Shown: positions 8,296 to 19,310 of the stretch, in pieces
Layout: each line of letters opens with the position of its first letter
Numbering within the stretch: position 1 is the first letter of the stretch
NCBI GenBank assembly: GCA_964584035.1
Contig: CAZOYL010000003.1
Location: 1 to 51,166, forward strand
Reading direction: 5' to 3'
DNA length: 51,166 nucleotides
DNA from: an uncultured Gemmatimonadota bacterium
Lineage (GTDB): Bacteria > SM23-81
Notes under the pieces: model-generated
What the model was told of the DNA's origin: nothing
Database searches by the model: none
Seen by the model: the letters and a program-made list of their open reading frames with translations, nothing else
Made by a program: the position numbers and the translations under genes

Positions 8296-10425
8296 TTATC
8301 CTACTTCGGCAAGCTCCATGCGGTATCCATAGCTGGTCTGCAAGATGTTTTTGAGATGTTCGTACTGGGGATCGTTCAGCTGCGGATCCCTCTCGACGAT
8401 GTCGAAGGCCTCCCGGCGAGCCTGGCGCAGCAGATCGACGTCATCCACCAGATCGGCCACCTTCAGCTCCGGCAGACCATGCTGTCGGGTACCGAAGATC
8501 TCGCCGGGACCCCGCATGCGCAGATCGACCTCGGCAATCTCAAAACCGTCGTTCGTCCGGCAAAGCGTCTGCAAACGGAGTTTGGCCTCTTCGGACAAAG
8601 GATAACTGGCCATGAGCAGGCAGTATGATTGCTCCTGGCCACGTCCCACCCGTCCCCGCAGCTGATGCAGCTGAGCCAACCCGTATCGTTCGGCGTGCTC
8701 CACCAGCATGACGGTGGCATTGGATACATCCACGCCGACCTCCACCACGGTGGTACAGACCAACAGATCGGTCCGTCCCCCGGCAAAGGCCTTCATCCTT
8801 TTTTCCTTTTCGCGGCTGGAAAGCCGGCCATGCAACAAATCCACGGTACGATGCGGATACACCTTTTCCCGAAGCTTTCGGGCCATGTCCTCGGCGGCCT
8901 TGAGGTCGAGCTTTTCCGACTGCTCCACCAGGGGACAGACGACATAGATTTGCCGGCCCCTTTCCATTTGCTCATCCAGGAACCGGTACACCCGGTCCCG
9001 GTGACGATCGTCATGCCTCTCCGTCCGGATGGGCCTTCTTCCGGGAGGCATCTCATCCAAAATGGAAACATCCAGGTCCCCGTAGATGGTCATCGACAGG
9101 CTTCGTGGAATGGGCGTGGCCGTCATGACCAAAACATCGGGATGCAGTCCTTTATCGCGAAGAGCCGCTCGCTGGATGACGCCGAAGCGATGCTGTTCAT
9201 CGATCACCGCCAGTCCCAAACGGTCAAAGGAGACGCTTTCCTGAATGAGGGCGTGGGTGCCGACGACGATCTGGGCCCGACCGCTCTCGATGGCCGTCAG
9301 AGCTTTCTCCCGGATCGATTTGCGCATCCCGCCGAGAAGCAGAGCCGGTTCGACGCCGAGCTTATCCAACAGGGCTTTCAGGGTGAGGAAATGCTGCTCG
9401 GCCAGGATCTCGGTCGGGGCCATCAGAGCGGCCTGGTAACCATTTTGAACGGCGATGAGCATGGTGATTAAAGCCACCACCGTCTTTCCGGAACCCACGT
9501 CGCCCTGCAACAGCCGGTTCATCTGCTCCTTGCGCTTCATATCGGCCCGGATTTCGTGGAGCACCCTTTTCTGGGCCGAGGTCAGCTCAAAAGAGAGCTC
9601 ATCGAGCAACTGCCGGATCAGGCCGTTGGCCCTGGGAAAAACGATGCCATCGGTCCCCTCCAGGCGGTGATTTTTACGAAGAGCCAGGGATAACTCCAGG
9701 AAAAAAAGCTCGTCGAAGGCCAGGCGGCGGCGAGCTTCCCGGGCCCTGTTTATGGTTTCGGGAAAGTGGATATTCTGAAGAGCGCTCTCCCGGCTGAGCA
9801 GCTGATTCGATGATCGCACCGATGAGGGCAGTACTTCCGGGATGGAGGCAGCCACATGGTTGAGAGCGAACTTGATGATCCGGCGCAGACCCCGGCTGTC
9901 CAAATGGATCTTCTTCAGCTCGGCCGTGGAGGGATACAGCGGCACCACCCGGCCGGTGTGGATGAGTTCATCATCTTCTCCGGAGAGAATCTCAAACTCC
10001 GGGTGTGTCATCTGCTTACCTTGATACAGGGTGACCGTCCCGCTGACCACGACGGTATCGCCCAAGTGGAAACGCTGGGGCAGATATTCCAGGCCGTGAA
10101 ACCAGGTGCAGTGGAGATGGCCGGACCGATCGGAGAGAATAACCGTGAAGCGCCGTCTGCGACCCCTCTGAAATCCGGCTGTTTCCACCCGGCCGACCAC
10201 CGTAGCGCTTTGCTGCGGTTTCAACTGGGATATGGGCGTGACCGTACTGCGGTCCAGATACCGGCGAGGGATATAATTGAGAAGATCTTCTACCGATTCC
10301 ACACCCACAGCTTTTAACAGATCCGCCCGCCTCGGCCCGACTCCCTTAAGATATTGTACCGGTGTATCCAACCGCAGATGTTTTTCCCTCGATCGGCTGC
10401 CGGCTCCGGTGGAAGGCTTTTTCAA
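8296..10425 (-). CDS. recG: ATP-dependent DNA helicase RecG
   Basis: 709 aa. N-terminal wedge region ([21 protein letters not shown]), helicase motif [16 protein letters not shown], and RGRVGRG near the C-terminus. TTG start at 10425 with GGGGGA upstream. Confidence 0.9.
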   Translation of the reverse strand: MKKPSTGAGSRSREKHLRLDTPVQYLKGVGPRRADLLKAVGVESVEDLLNYIPRRYLDRSTVTPISQLKPQQSATVVGRVETAGFQRGRRRRFTVILSDRSGHLHCTWFHGLEYLPQRFHLGDTVVVSGTVTLYQGKQMTHPEFEILSGEDDELIHTGRVVPLYPSTAELKKIHLDSRGLRRIIKFALNHVAASIPEVLPSSVRSSNQLLSRESALQNIHFPETINRAREARRRLAFDELFFLELSLALRKNHRLEGTDGIVFPRANGLIRQLLDELSFELTSAQKRVLHEIRADMKRKEQMNRLLQGDVGSGKTVVALITMLIAVQNGYQAALMAPTEILAEQHFLTLKALLDKLGVEPALLLGGMRKSIREKALTAIESGRAQIVVGTHALIQESVSFDRLGLAVIDEQHRFGVIQRAALRDKGLHPDVLVMTATPIPRSLSMTIYGDLDVSILDEMPPGRRPIRTERHDDRHRDRVYRFLDEQMERGRQIYVVCPLVEQSEKLDLKAAEDMARKLREKVYPHRTVDLLHGRLSSREKEKRMKAFAGGRTDLLVCTTVVEVGVDVSNATVMLVEHAERYGLAQLHQLRGRVGRGQEQSYCLLMASYPLSEEAKLRLQTLCRTNDGFEIAEVDLRMRGPGEIFGTRQHGLPELKVADLVDDVDLLRQARREAFDIVERDPQLNDPQYEHLKNILQTSYGYRMELAEVG

Positions 10426-10631
10426 CAGGTATCCCCCGTGAGAGCTTCGGTTTGGAAGTCATTCTAATGTTACGCTTTTTTGGTCCGGTGGTCAAGTTTT
10501 TTCCCGGAGGCCGGGGAAAATTTATCTTGCTTTCCTATCCGGCTTTTCGTATGTTTTCTGGTTGTTATATCGAACTATTCAGTTGTACAAGACTTATACT
10601 CAGATTGCTTTGGAACAGAGGGGGAAACTTC

Positions 10632-10829
10632 ATGGCCAGGCGATGCGATATCTGCGGCAAGGGGCCCATTACCGGCAGCAATGTCAGCCACGCGCATAAT
10701 ATATCTAACAGACGGTGGATGCCTAACTTACAACGAATCCGGGTCGTCATCGATGGCAAACCGAAAAAGATGGACGTGTGCACCACCTGCCTGCGTTCCG
10801 GCCGGGTAGAACGGTATGTGAAGGGCTGA
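10632..10829 (+). CDS. rpmB: 50S ribosomal protein L28 (zinc-ribbon C+ form)
   Basis: 65 aa: [34 protein letters not shown]… with CxxC…CxxC. RBS GAGGGGG upstream. The track ORF starting at 10362 is an unsupported N-terminal extension. Confidence 0.9.
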   Translation: MARRCDICGKGPITGSNVSHAHNISNRRWMPNLQRIRVVIDGKPKKMDVCTTCLRSGRVERYVKG

Positions 10830-10852
10830 CGCGCACAGGAAATGAACTCTTA

Positions 10853-10884
10853 GAAAAAAGGGATGCGACCGCATCCCTTTTTTC
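10853..10884. terminator. Bidirectional rho-independent terminator between convergent rpmB and the radical SAM gene
   Basis: aaaaaaGGGATGCgaccGCATCCCtttttt: a 7-bp GC-rich stem and 4-nt loop, with an A-tract on one side and a T-tract on the other. Confidence 0.8.
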
Positions 10885-12575
10885 TATGGCATCTTTCCCG
10901 ACGGCTCTTGAGCGGCCCGGCGGGCCTGCTGAAACTCGGCCCAGAGATGCTGCCGGGAAATTCCCTGATCGATAACATCCCAGGGGAAGATCTCCTCCCG
11001 GGTTCGCTCCCGGTGAATATAGAAAGCCTGATCGATGAAGGCTCCCTGATCGCGAACGCGCCGCCAGGCCCTGGCCCAGGTCATTCCTTGCCGAACATGA
11101 TGCCACAGGACCATCCCGACCCGGCGGTCGCCCATGGCCAGAACGCCCTGCCAGACCGACTGCCGGGGGCTTTCGCCCGTGAAACTGATCCCTTTGAGGG
11201 ATCGCAATTCACCGGCCAGGTACTGCAGCTTCCTGCGTAAAAGCGACTCTCTGTTCATCGACGCCCACTGGAATGGAGTCGACGCCTTGGGCACAAAGGG
11301 ACTGGCGCTGACCGTCACGCCCCGAAATCGCGAATCCCGCCGGACCTTCTTCACAAAAGCGACGATGGCCCTGAGATCCTCCTGCCGTTCCCAGGGCAAT
11401 CCCACCAGAAAATAGAGCTTCAGCCGGGCGATGCCCGCCGCGGATGCCAGCCGGGCAACTCGCAACACATCCTCGGAGCTGACCGACTTATCGATCACCC
11501 GGCGCAGGCGATCGGTCCCCACTTCCGGAGCCACCGTCAGCGTTCTCAGACCCAACCCGGCCAGCCGCTCGATCAGCTCCGGGCTGAGCCGGTCGGCCCG
11601 CAGAGACGAAAGGCCCAGCTCGATCCCTTCGGCCGACATCTGCCGGCAGATATCTGCCAGACCGGGCAGATCGGCCACCGCCGAACCCACCAGACCCAGA
11701 CGGCCGGACAGCTCCGCAACCGTCCGGATCTGATCCCTGAGAGCGGCAGTAGAACGGTGCCGCAGGGGATGATAGATCTGCCCTATGGCACAGAAGCGGC
11801 AGCGATATCCGCAACCCCGCTGCACCTCCAGCAGTGTCATGTTCTTGAGATGACTCAGGGGAGTGACGATCGAGGAAACGGTGGGGACTGTATTCAGATC
11901 CGATATCCGCTGCCGTACGATCCGGCGAGGGGCTGGCGGCTGGGATGTGACGGCCCGTATGGGACCACCGGGAAGATATTCGACCTGGTAATATCGGGGT
12001 GCATAAATACCTGGAATGTGGACGCTTTGCTCGATAATGCCGGAGCGCGAGGCGGTCTCCATGAAGAGACTCATCAGCCGGGGCAGGACGTGCTCGGACT
12101 CGCCGACCACAAAGAGGTCGATGAAGGGGGCCATGGGCTCGGGATTCAGAAACGCACAGGGCCCCCCCATGATGACGACGGGATCCTTTTCCTTTCTCTC
12201 GGCAGCCAGCAGAGGAATGCCGGCCAGATCCAGCATCCGGAGCACGTTCACGTAATCCAGCTCAAACGGCACCGAGAATGCCACCACGGAGAAACGGTCC
12301 AACGGCCGGCCGGACTCCAGGGTGGCGGATCCTCCCGTCTCCCAGAGAAAGGTCCGCTCGCACCTCACTCCTTCCAGGCCGTTGAGCAGAGCATAGACGG
12401 CCTGAAAACCCAAATTTGACATCCCCACCGCATACCGGTTGGGAAATCCCAGGGCCACCTCCACCCGGGCCGGACCTGCTGAAACGGATCGATATCGCTC
12501 ATGCCGCAGGTACCGGTCCCGCTCCGCCTGCCAGTCCTTTCTGGAATTTCCCCGGGAAGCTCTGGCGGGTCGCAA
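10884..12575 (-). CDS. Radical SAM protein, TIGR03960-like (B12-binding-like N-domain plus rSAM core)
   Basis: ALGFPNRYAVGMSNLGFQAVY N-terminal signature and the CxxxCxxC-type cluster motif VQRGCGYRCRFCAIGQIY. TTG start lies 5 nt after the ftsZ stop. Confidence 0.7.
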   Translation of the reverse strand: MRPARASRGNSRKDWQAERDRYLRHERYRSVSAGPARVEVALGFPNRYAVGMSNLGFQAVYALLNGLEGVRCERTFLWETGGSATLESGRPLDRFSVVAFSVPFELDYVNVLRMLDLAGIPLLAAERKEKDPVVIMGGPCAFLNPEPMAPFIDLFVVGESEHVLPRLMSLFMETASRSGIIEQSVHIPGIYAPRYYQVEYLPGGPIRAVTSQPPAPRRIVRQRISDLNTVPTVSSIVTPLSHLKNMTLLEVQRGCGYRCRFCAIGQIYHPLRHRSTAALRDQIRTVAELSGRLGLVGSAVADLPGLADICRQMSAEGIELGLSSLRADRLSPELIERLAGLGLRTLTVAPEVGTDRLRRVIDKSVSSEDVLRVARLASAAGIARLKLYFLVGLPWERQEDLRAIVAFVKKVRRDSRFRGVTVSASPFVPKASTPFQWASMNRESLLRRKLQYLAGELRSLKGISFTGESPRQSVWQGVLAMGDRRVGMVLWHHVRQGMTWARAWRRVRDQGAFIDQAFYIHRERTREEIFPWDVIDQGISRQHLWAEFQQARRAAQEPSGKMP

Positions 12576-12580
12576 ATGGT

Positions 12581-13720
12581 CTATTTCCTGAGAAACGTGG
12601 GAATGGATAAATCGTTGGGATCGACGCTCAGCGCTCCCGACGTATCCTCAACCGCCGCTCTCTGTTCCCGCCGCAGAAAGGCCGGGCGTTCCAGCCGGGA
12701 TAATTTGGGATTCAAGAAATCCACCACCCGGGCTTCCGGCTGTTTGGGGCTGGGACGAAGCTTGTTGTTCAGCCCGGTGGCAATGACCGTGACCCGGATT
12801 TCATCCTCGTTGCGCTCATCGATGACGGCCCCGAAGATAACATTGGCATCCTGACCGGCGGCCTCGTAAATCACCGAAACGGCTTCGTTGACCTCATAGA
12901 GCGACAGATCCTTGCCTCCGGTGATGTTAACCAGCAATCCCTGGGCTCCGGTAATAGAAATCTCTTCCAGCAGCGGGCTGGAAATAGCCGTCTGAGCGGC
13001 TTCCCGGGCGCGAGCCTCACCGCTGGCTGCGCCGGTGCCCATCAGGGCGTCACCCATCTCGGACATGATCGTCTTGACATCGGCAAAATCCAGATTGATC
13101 AGTCCGGGAATGATGACCAGGTCGGAAATACCCCGGGTGGCATGCAACAGGACCTCATCGGCCATACGGAAGGCATCCAGCAGCGGAGTGGTCTTTTCGA
13201 CGATGTCCAGCAGCCGCTGGTTGGGGATGACGATCAGCGTATCCACTCGATCCTTGAGCGCACGAAGGCCTTCTTCAGCCTGGTTCATGCGCTTACGACC
13301 CTCAAACTCGAAAGGTTTGGTGACCACGGCCACGGTCAGAGCGCCCTGTTCCTTGGCGATCTCGGCGATCACGGGAGAGGCGCCCGTGCCGGTGCCCCCA
13401 CCCATCCCGGCGGTAATGAAGACCATATCCGCTCCGGTCAGGGCGGCCACCATGAGCTCCCGATCCTCCTCGATGGCCCGTCGACCGATCTCAGGATTGG
13501 CGCCGGCGCCCAAACCCTGAGTGATGCCGCTGCCGATCTGGACCTTCTGCTGAGCCAGGCTTCTCTCCAGTGTCTGCGCATCGGTATTGGTGGCCACGAA
13601 TTCCACGCCGACCAGGTTCGCCGAGATCATACGATCGATGGCATTGCCACCGGCTCCCCCGACGCCCACGACCTTCATGATCGCGCCGCGGCCGAACTCC
13701 TTGTCCAATTCGAAGGTCAT
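12581..13720 (-). CDS. ftsZ: Cell division GTPase FtsZ
   Basis: GVGGAGGNA and GGGTGTGA tubulin signature motifs, and C-terminal peptide [10 protein letters not shown]. Start at ATG 13720 behind AAGGAGGGAG; the track extension to 13831 is rejected. Confidence 0.95.
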   Translation of the reverse strand: MTFELDKEFGRGAIMKVVGVGGAGGNAIDRMISANLVGVEFVATNTDAQTLERSLAQQKVQIGSGITQGLGAGANPEIGRRAIEEDRELMVAALTGADMVFITAGMGGGTGTGASPVIAEIAKEQGALTVAVVTKPFEFEGRKRMNQAEEGLRALKDRVDTLIVIPNQRLLDIVEKTTPLLDAFRMADEVLLHATRGISDLVIIPGLINLDFADVKTIMSEMGDALMGTGAASGEARAREAAQTAISSPLLEEISITGAQGLLVNITGGKDLSLYEVNEAVSVIYEAAGQDANVIFGAVIDERNEDEIRVTVIATGLNNKLRPSPKQPEARVVDFLNPKLSRLERPAFLRREQRAAVEDTSGALSVDPNDLSIPTFLRK

Positions 13721-13809
13721 TACTCCCTCCTTTGGGAAAAAAGAAAAGTGGATTGGTTGGTACTTCAGAAGACTTCGCTGTACTATTTTCCCCTGTGCCG
13801 ACAGACCTT

Positions 13810-15045
13810 TCAGAAGAATTCTCCGAACCATTTTTTCATTCGATCAAATATCCGCTCGAACATGTTGGCCTCGGTCAGGCGGCCCAGACCATTCTCTCCC
13901 GAATTCTGCAGAGCGTATATAATCAGACCGATGCCGGTGGCATGTTTGGGGCTCTGCGCCAAATCGACCAGACCCCCGAAACCCGCCGGAACCCCCAGCT
14001 TGACCGGCATATCGAAGATCTGCTCGGCCAGCTCGATAACCCCTGGCAGCAGGGACGCGCCGCCGGTCAAAACCACACCCGCTGCCATCAGGTCGGCATA
14101 GTCGGTCCGCCGGATCTCTCTGAGAGCCAGGCTGAGCAGCTCCTCCATGCGAGGCTGAATAATGGACGCCAGCAGCGCCCGCGGCACCTGCCGCTCCTGC
14201 CGGCCGCCGATCCCGGGAACGGCGATGAACTCATCATCCTGCGTCAGTGAAACCAGCGCGGATCCCTGTTCCAGCTTGATCTTCTCCGCCTGAGCCAGAG
14301 AGGTTCTCATCCCGATGGCAATATCGCTGGTGACATTATTCCCACCCAGGCCGATCACCGCCGTGTGACGTATGCTGCCCTCATAAAACACCGCGATATC
14401 GGTGGTTCCCCCTCCAATGTCGAGTAGCGCCACGCCCAGCTCTTTCTCCTCCGGAGAGAGCACCGCATAGCTGGAGGCCAGCGGCTCCAGGACCAGGTCT
14501 TGAACGTTCAGACCGCTCTTCTGGATGCTCTTATAGAGATTCTGGGCCGATGTGACGGCACCGGTCACGATGTGTACCTCGGCCTCCAGACGGACGCCGG
14601 CCATGCCGACGGGATCCTTGATGCCCGACTGATCATCCACGATATATTCCTGGGGCAGGACGTGAATGATTTCCCGGTCCATAGGAATGGACACCGCCTT
14701 GGCGGCATCGACCACCCGGCCGATATCGCTTTTCCCGATCTCGTGATTGGCGCCGGAGACGGCGATGACCCCGCGGCTATTAATGCTGCGGATATGATCT
14801 CCGGCAATGCCCGCCAATACCGAATGCACCTCCATTCCGGCCATGAGTTCCGCCTCGTCGACCGCTTTGGAAATGGACTGGACCGTTTTTTCCAAATTGA
14901 CGACGACGCCGCGACGCAATCCTTCCGACGGACTGGTGCCCACGCCGACCACCTTGGGGCCCCCGTTCCCGTCGATCTCCGCAATGATGGCACCGATCTT
15001 GGTCGTTCCGATATCCAGACCTACCACGATAGTACTGTTTGCCAT
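13810..15045 (-). CDS. ftsA: Cell division protein FtsA
   Basis: Actin-like ATPase motifs [10 protein letters not shown] and [10 protein letters not shown]-terminal amphipathic helix …[15 protein letters not shown] 15045 preferred; GTG 15054 is possible. Confidence 0.93.
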   Translation of the reverse strand: MANSTIVVGLDIGTTKIGAIIAEIDGNGGPKVVGVGTSPSEGLRRGVVVNLEKTVQSISKAVDEAELMAGMEVHSVLAGIAGDHIRSINSRGVIAVSGANHEIGKSDIGRVVDAAKAVSIPMDREIIHVLPQEYIVDDQSGIKDPVGMAGVRLEAEVHIVTGAVTSAQNLYKSIQKSGLNVQDLVLEPLASSYAVLSPEEKELGVALLDIGGGTTDIAVFYEGSIRHTAVIGLGGNNVTSDIAIGMRTSLAQAEKIKLEQGSALVSLTQDDEFIAVPGIGGRQERQVPRALLASIIQPRMEELLSLALREIRRTDYADLMAAGVVLTGGASLLPGVIELAEQIFDMPVKLGVPAGFGGLVDLAQSPKHATGIGLIIYALQNSGENGLGRLTEANMFERIFDRMKKWFGEFF

Positions 15046-15060
15046 GCCGCTCACTTCCTT

Positions 15061-15870
15061 TCAGTGCCAGCCTTTTCCGGCTGATCGACAGATCAGCTGA
15101 TCCTTGAATCGTAAATCCATCGTACTCACGACCGCATCCAGAGCCGCCAGATCGCGAAGAGCGATCCACAGCCTTTGAATCTGCGTGCGAAGATCTCCAC
15201 CGCCGAGCCGAACCTCGGTCCCGTTCGGCGCCAGATAGAGGCAGGGTGACTCGGGCTGGCTCAAGTTGATCTCAGAAACAGCATCCCAGAGAGTCGAGGC
15301 TTCCTGCCCGATGGCCCGTCTGATCTCCAAACCCTTTTGAATACAAAGATGATGAGCGCCGTCCCCCGGACCCACCGGAGGGTTGACGCCCGTCAGCACG
15401 GGAATGTCCAGGGGCAGAGAGGCTCCATCGATGGGCATGACCATACCCATCTCATCCAGGGCCAGAAGCCTCTCTCCCTCGATGAGCATGACCGGCTCCC
15501 GTTCTTTGATGGTCACCGCGATGGTTGATGGAAGACGGCGGCTAATGGTCACCTTCCGAATTCGGGGATCTCTCTCCATAGCATTCTCGATGGCTTTCAG
15601 ATCGACGGTGAAGATGTTGACGCCCTTCTCAACGCGTATCAACTCCCGCGCTTTTTGATCGGAAAGGCGGCAGACGCCGCCGATGTCGATGGCATCCAGT
15701 TCGAACAGCGAGGCATGCCTCGTCCAGACCGTCAGTGCAGCCGTCCCGGTGCCCAGCACCACGGATGAGATGGCGATCAGCAAAACGATCCGGGCCCTCC
15801 TGAGGATCGTGCGCGGCCGGCGGCCCCATGTGCGGCAGGGTTTCCCTGCATACCGTTTTCCGATCTTCAC
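15061..15870 (-). CDS. ftsQ: Cell division protein FtsQ/DivIB (POTRA domain)
   Basis: Basic N-terminus, a single TM helix (IVLLIAISSVVLGTGTAAL), and a POTRA-like segment IDIGGVCRLSDQKAREL. Position is between murB and ftsA. GTG start with GGGGGAGGA upstream. Confidence 0.8.
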   Translation of the reverse strand: MKIGKRYAGKPCRTWGRRPRTILRRARIVLLIAISSVVLGTGTAALTVWTRHASLFELDAIDIGGVCRLSDQKARELIRVEKGVNIFTVDLKAIENAMERDPRIRKVTISRRLPSTIAVTIKEREPVMLIEGERLLALDEMGMVMPIDGASLPLDIPVLTGVNPPVGPGDGAHHLCIQKGLEIRRAIGQEASTLWDAVSEINLSQPESPCLYLAPNGTEVRLGGGDLRTQIQRLWIALRDLAALDAVVSTMDLRFKDQLICRSAGKGWH

Positions 15871-15875
15871 GGCCG

Positions 15876-16814
15876 TCAGTCCTCCCCCACGCAGATGATT
15901 TCCATCTCCAGCTCAATCCCGGAATGTTCTTTCACCCTGCGGCGAACCTGCTCGATCAGCTCTCTGACCGCCGCCGCCGAGGCGTTCCCGAGATTGACGA
16001 TAAAATTGGCGTGCTGCGGTGAAACCTGGGCTCCATCAACCTTCATGCCTTTGCAGCCGGCCATTTCGATCAGCCGGCCGGCCGGTGCCGAGGAAGGATT
16101 TTTGAAAACACTGCCGGCGCTCTTCTGGTCGGTGGGTTGATGCCGGCGGCGGCGGCGATAATCCGCCATTTTCTCTCGAATCACCTCGGCCCGCTCCGGC
16201 TTCAGGTTCAAACAGGTCTCCACGATGATCATGCCGGCCGGAAGGCCCGAATGCCGATAGCCGAACTCAAGGGCGCTGCGCTCCAGGATCACCTCCTGTC
16301 CGGAGAGGAGATAGCCCCGCACGGCTGACACCAGATCGCCCACTGCCCGACCCCAGGCCCCGGCATTGACCCGAACGGCACCACCTACCGATCCGGGGAT
16401 ACCTGCCAGAAACTCCAAACCTCCCAGCTCCTGGGCCAGGCCGAAATCCAGCAGTTCGGATACGGTCACCCCGGCTCCGGAGGTGATCTCTTCGGCGGAG
16501 CGATTCAGGTGGCGGCAGGCCCCGCGGAGATCCACCACCACGCCGCGAACACCGCCGTCGCCGACCAACAGATTGGTGCCCCGTCCGATGATCAGCAGGG
16601 GCAGCCCGTGCACCCGGGTCAATTGCAGGACATCGACCAGTTCCGCTTCCGTATCGGGGCGGATGAAGAAATCGGCCGTCCCCCCGATGCCGAAAGAGGT
16701 ATGGCGGCTGAGCGGCTCGCCTTCCAGAACCGGCCCCTGGATGGCCCGGCGGATACTGTCCACGAAGCCCATCCTGATCTCCTCGCGGGCGCGCATGCTG
16801 TCCCCAAAATTCAC
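15876..16814 (-). CDS. murB: UDP-N-acetylenolpyruvoylglucosamine reductase
   Basis: LSRHTSFGIGGTADFF, GRGTNLLV and AGSVFKNP motifs, plus dcw context. Confidence 0.9.
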   Translation of the reverse strand: MNFGDSMRAREEIRMGFVDSIRRAIQGPVLEGEPLSRHTSFGIGGTADFFIRPDTEAELVDVLQLTRVHGLPLLIIGRGTNLLVGDGGVRGVVVDLRGACRHLNRSAEEITSGAGVTVSELLDFGLAQELGGLEFLAGIPGSVGGAVRVNAGAWGRAVGDLVSAVRGYLLSGQEVILERSALEFGYRHSGLPAGMIIVETCLNLKPERAEVIREKMADYRRRRRHQPTDQKSAGSVFKNPSSAPAGRLIEMAGCKGMKVDGAQVSPQHANFIVNLGNASAAAVRELIEQVRRRVKEHSGIELEMEIICVGED

Positions 16815-16821
16815 CTTGACC

Positions 16822-18213
16822 TCATTTCCGCTTCTGCAGCAGGGTCAGCAAATGCTCGCCGATGCGATAGACATCTCCGGCTCCCAGGGTGATGACCAGG
16901 TCACCGGGCTGCACCTGGGCGGCCAGAAAGGTGGTCACCTTGCTCTTGTCCTCGATATAGATCACTTTGCCGTGTCCATGTTCGCGGGCCGCCCGGGCAA
17001 CCAGTTCCCCGCTGACGCCCGCGATGGGCTGCTCCCGGGCCGGATACACATCGGTGACCACCAGCACATCGCTGTGAAAGAATGATTTTCCGAAATCGTC
17101 GCAGAAATCCCGGGTCCGGCTGTAGAGATGCGGCTGAAAGACGGCGATGGTCCGGCGGCCGAAGCCCTCTTTGGCGGCCAGCAGGGTGGCCTGGATCTCG
17201 GTCGGGTGATGGGCATAATCATCCACCACCATCACTCCGGCTTCCTCGCCCTTGACCTCAAAACGGCGGTACACCCCGCTAAAGGACTCCAGCGAATCTT
17301 TTATCGTCGAAAAATCGATGCCCAGCTCCAAACCCACGGCCAGGGCCGCCATGCTGTTTTTAACGTTATGAACGCCGGGAACCCTCATGGTCACCCGGCC
17401 CATGGCCTGCCCCGCCACAACAACGTTGTAGGAACTGTTCAGCCCCTGGAACTCAAGATCCGTAGCCCTGATCTGGGCCTGCGGTGAAAGACCGTAGGTG
17501 ATCAGACGGCCCTCGATATGGGGAATGATGCTCTGCAGGCTGTCCTCATCCAGACAGACGATCACGGCACCGAAAAAGGGTACTTTGTTGACATATTCGA
17601 TAAAGGCGCCCTTGATATCATCCAGATTGGTGTAACAGTCCAGATGCTCCGCTTCCAGTGTGGTGACCACCGCGATGGTGGGAAGCAGGCGCAGGAAGGA
17701 GCGATCGAACTCATCCGCTTCCGCCACCAGATATCGTCCCTGGCCCAGCTTGGCACTGGTGCGCAGGCTTCTCACTTTGCCCCCCACGATGACGGTGGGA
17801 TCCAGGCCGCCGCGGTCCAGCACCAGACCGGTCATGGAAGTGGTCGTCGTCTTCCCATGGGTGCCGGCGATCCCGATGCCGTACTTCATGCGCATCAGCT
17901 CGCCGAGCATCTCAGCTCTGCGGATCACCGGTATCTTGCGCCGCCGGGCTTCCATGACCTCCGGATTATCGGATTTGACCGCCGAGGATATGACCACCAC
18001 ATCGGCATCCCCCACCTGAGCGGCCCGGTGGCCCTCCGAAATCAAAGCACCGAGTTTCTCCAGATGTTCGGTCACCTCGCTGAGCTGCAAATCGGAACCG
18101 GAGATCTGAAAATTGAGATTCAGCAGCACCTCGGCGATACCGCTCATGCCGATGCCGCCGATGCCCACGAAATGCAGTTTTCGAACCTTTCCAAACAGGT
18201 TTCCCATGATCAT
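16822..18213 (-). CDS. murC: UDP-N-acetylmuramate--L-alanine ligase
   Basis: HFVGIGGIGMSGIAEVL and GTHGKTTTTSM Mur-ligase motifs. ATGA overlap with the murG stop. Confidence 0.93.
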   Translation of the reverse strand: MIMGNLFGKVRKLHFVGIGGIGMSGIAEVLLNLNFQISGSDLQLSEVTEHLEKLGALISEGHRAAQVGDADVVVISSAVKSDNPEVMEARRRKIPVIRRAEMLGELMRMKYGIGIAGTHGKTTTTSMTGLVLDRGGLDPTVIVGGKVRSLRTSAKLGQGRYLVAEADEFDRSFLRLLPTIAVVTTLEAEHLDCYTNLDDIKGAFIEYVNKVPFFGAVIVCLDEDSLQSIIPHIEGRLITYGLSPQAQIRATDLEFQGLNSSYNVVVAGQAMGRVTMRVPGVHNVKNSMAALAVGLELGIDFSTIKDSLESFSGVYRRFEVKGEEAGVMVVDDYAHHPTEIQATLLAAKEGFGRRTIAVFQPHLYSRTRDFCDDFGKSFFHSDVLVVTDVYPAREQPIAGVSGELVARAAREHGHGKVIYIEDKSKVTTFLAAQVQPGDLVITLGAGDVYRIGEHLLTLLQKRK

Positions 18214-19310
18214 CTCCGCCGCTTTTCGGCCAGCCGGCGAATGGCCCGGGTTACGGTGGCCGCCGCCTGGGGGCGGCCGAATCGCTTACTTCTGCGGGCC
18301 ATGGCCTGTCTTTTCGATTCGTCCTGCAGCATATCGAGCAGAACACTCATCAGCCGCCCCTCTTTCAGCTCCCCGTTGAGAACCATCTCCGCGGCACCGG
18401 CCTTCACCATCGCCAGGGCATTGAGGCGCTGGTGATCGGCCGTGGCGAAGGGAAACGGCACGAAGATGGCCGGCAGTCCGCAGGCGGCCACCTCGGCCAC
18501 CGTGGTGGCTCCGGCCCGGCAGACCACCACATCGGCGGCCGCATAGGCCAGGCTCATATCCTGGATGAAATCGGCTATCACGGTCCGATAGCCCTTGCCG
18601 CCGCACCTCCGGCGCATCTCCTCCAGGTCTCCGGAGCCGGTCTGCCAGAGGACCTGAACCTGACGATCCGCCAAGCGGTCAAATCCTTCAGCCACAGCCA
18701 GATTGATGCTGTGGGCCCCCTGGCTGCCCCCTGTGATCAGGACGGTATGATGATCCGGATCGAGGGACAGATCCCGGCAGGCCCGGGAGCGCTCGATCTG
18801 ACCTATGCTTCCCCGTAACGGGTTCCCGCTGAGCCGGAGATGATCCCGGCGGCGAAAATGGCGTCTGGACCGTGTGAAGCTGAGATGCACCTCATCGACT
18901 CGATGGCTCAAGATCCTGGTGGTCATCCCGGGCAGACTGTTTTGCTCCTGAATCAGGGTGGGCAACCCCATTAGAGCGGACCACATCAGGGCCGGTCCGC
19001 TGACATACCCTCCGGTCCCGACCACCACGTGGGGACGAAACCGGCGTATGATGAGATAGGATTGCAACAGGCCCCGGAGAAGAAAAAAGGGAAACTGAAA
19101 AGTCTTCCGGTTCAGCCGGCGGCTCCAGCCGCGCAAGCTGACCGAAGTGAATTTATAACCCTCACGGGTGACCACCCCTTTTTCCAGCCCGTGATCGCTC
19201 CCGACAAAGAGGATCTCCACCCCGGGAACCTGGCGGCAAAGCTCCTCGGCTACGGCCAGCGCCGGAAACAGATGCCCCCCGGTCCCGCCCCCGGCCATCA
19301 GGACGCGCAT
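18210..19310 (-). CDS. murG: Undecaprenyldiphospho-muramoylpentapeptide beta-N-acetylglucosaminyltransferase
   Basis: MAGGGTGGHLFPALAVAEEL N-terminus and GT28 architecture, plus dcw context. Confidence 0.92.
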   Translation of the reverse strand: MRVLMAGGGTGGHLFPALAVAEELCRQVPGVEILFVGSDHGLEKGVVTREGYKFTSVSLRGWSRRLNRKTFQFPFFLLRGLLQSYLIIRRFRPHVVVGTGGYVSGPALMWSALMGLPTLIQEQNSLPGMTTRILSHRVDEVHLSFTRSRRHFRRRDHLRLSGNPLRGSIGQIERSRACRDLSLDPDHHTVLITGGSQGAHSINLAVAEGFDRLADRQVQVLWQTGSGDLEEMRRRCGGKGYRTVIADFIQDMSLAYAAADVVVCRAGATTVAEVAACGLPAIFVPFPFATADHQRLNALAMVKAGAAEMVLNGELKEGRLMSVLLDMLQDESKRQAMARRSKRFGRPQAAATVTRAIRRLAEKRRR

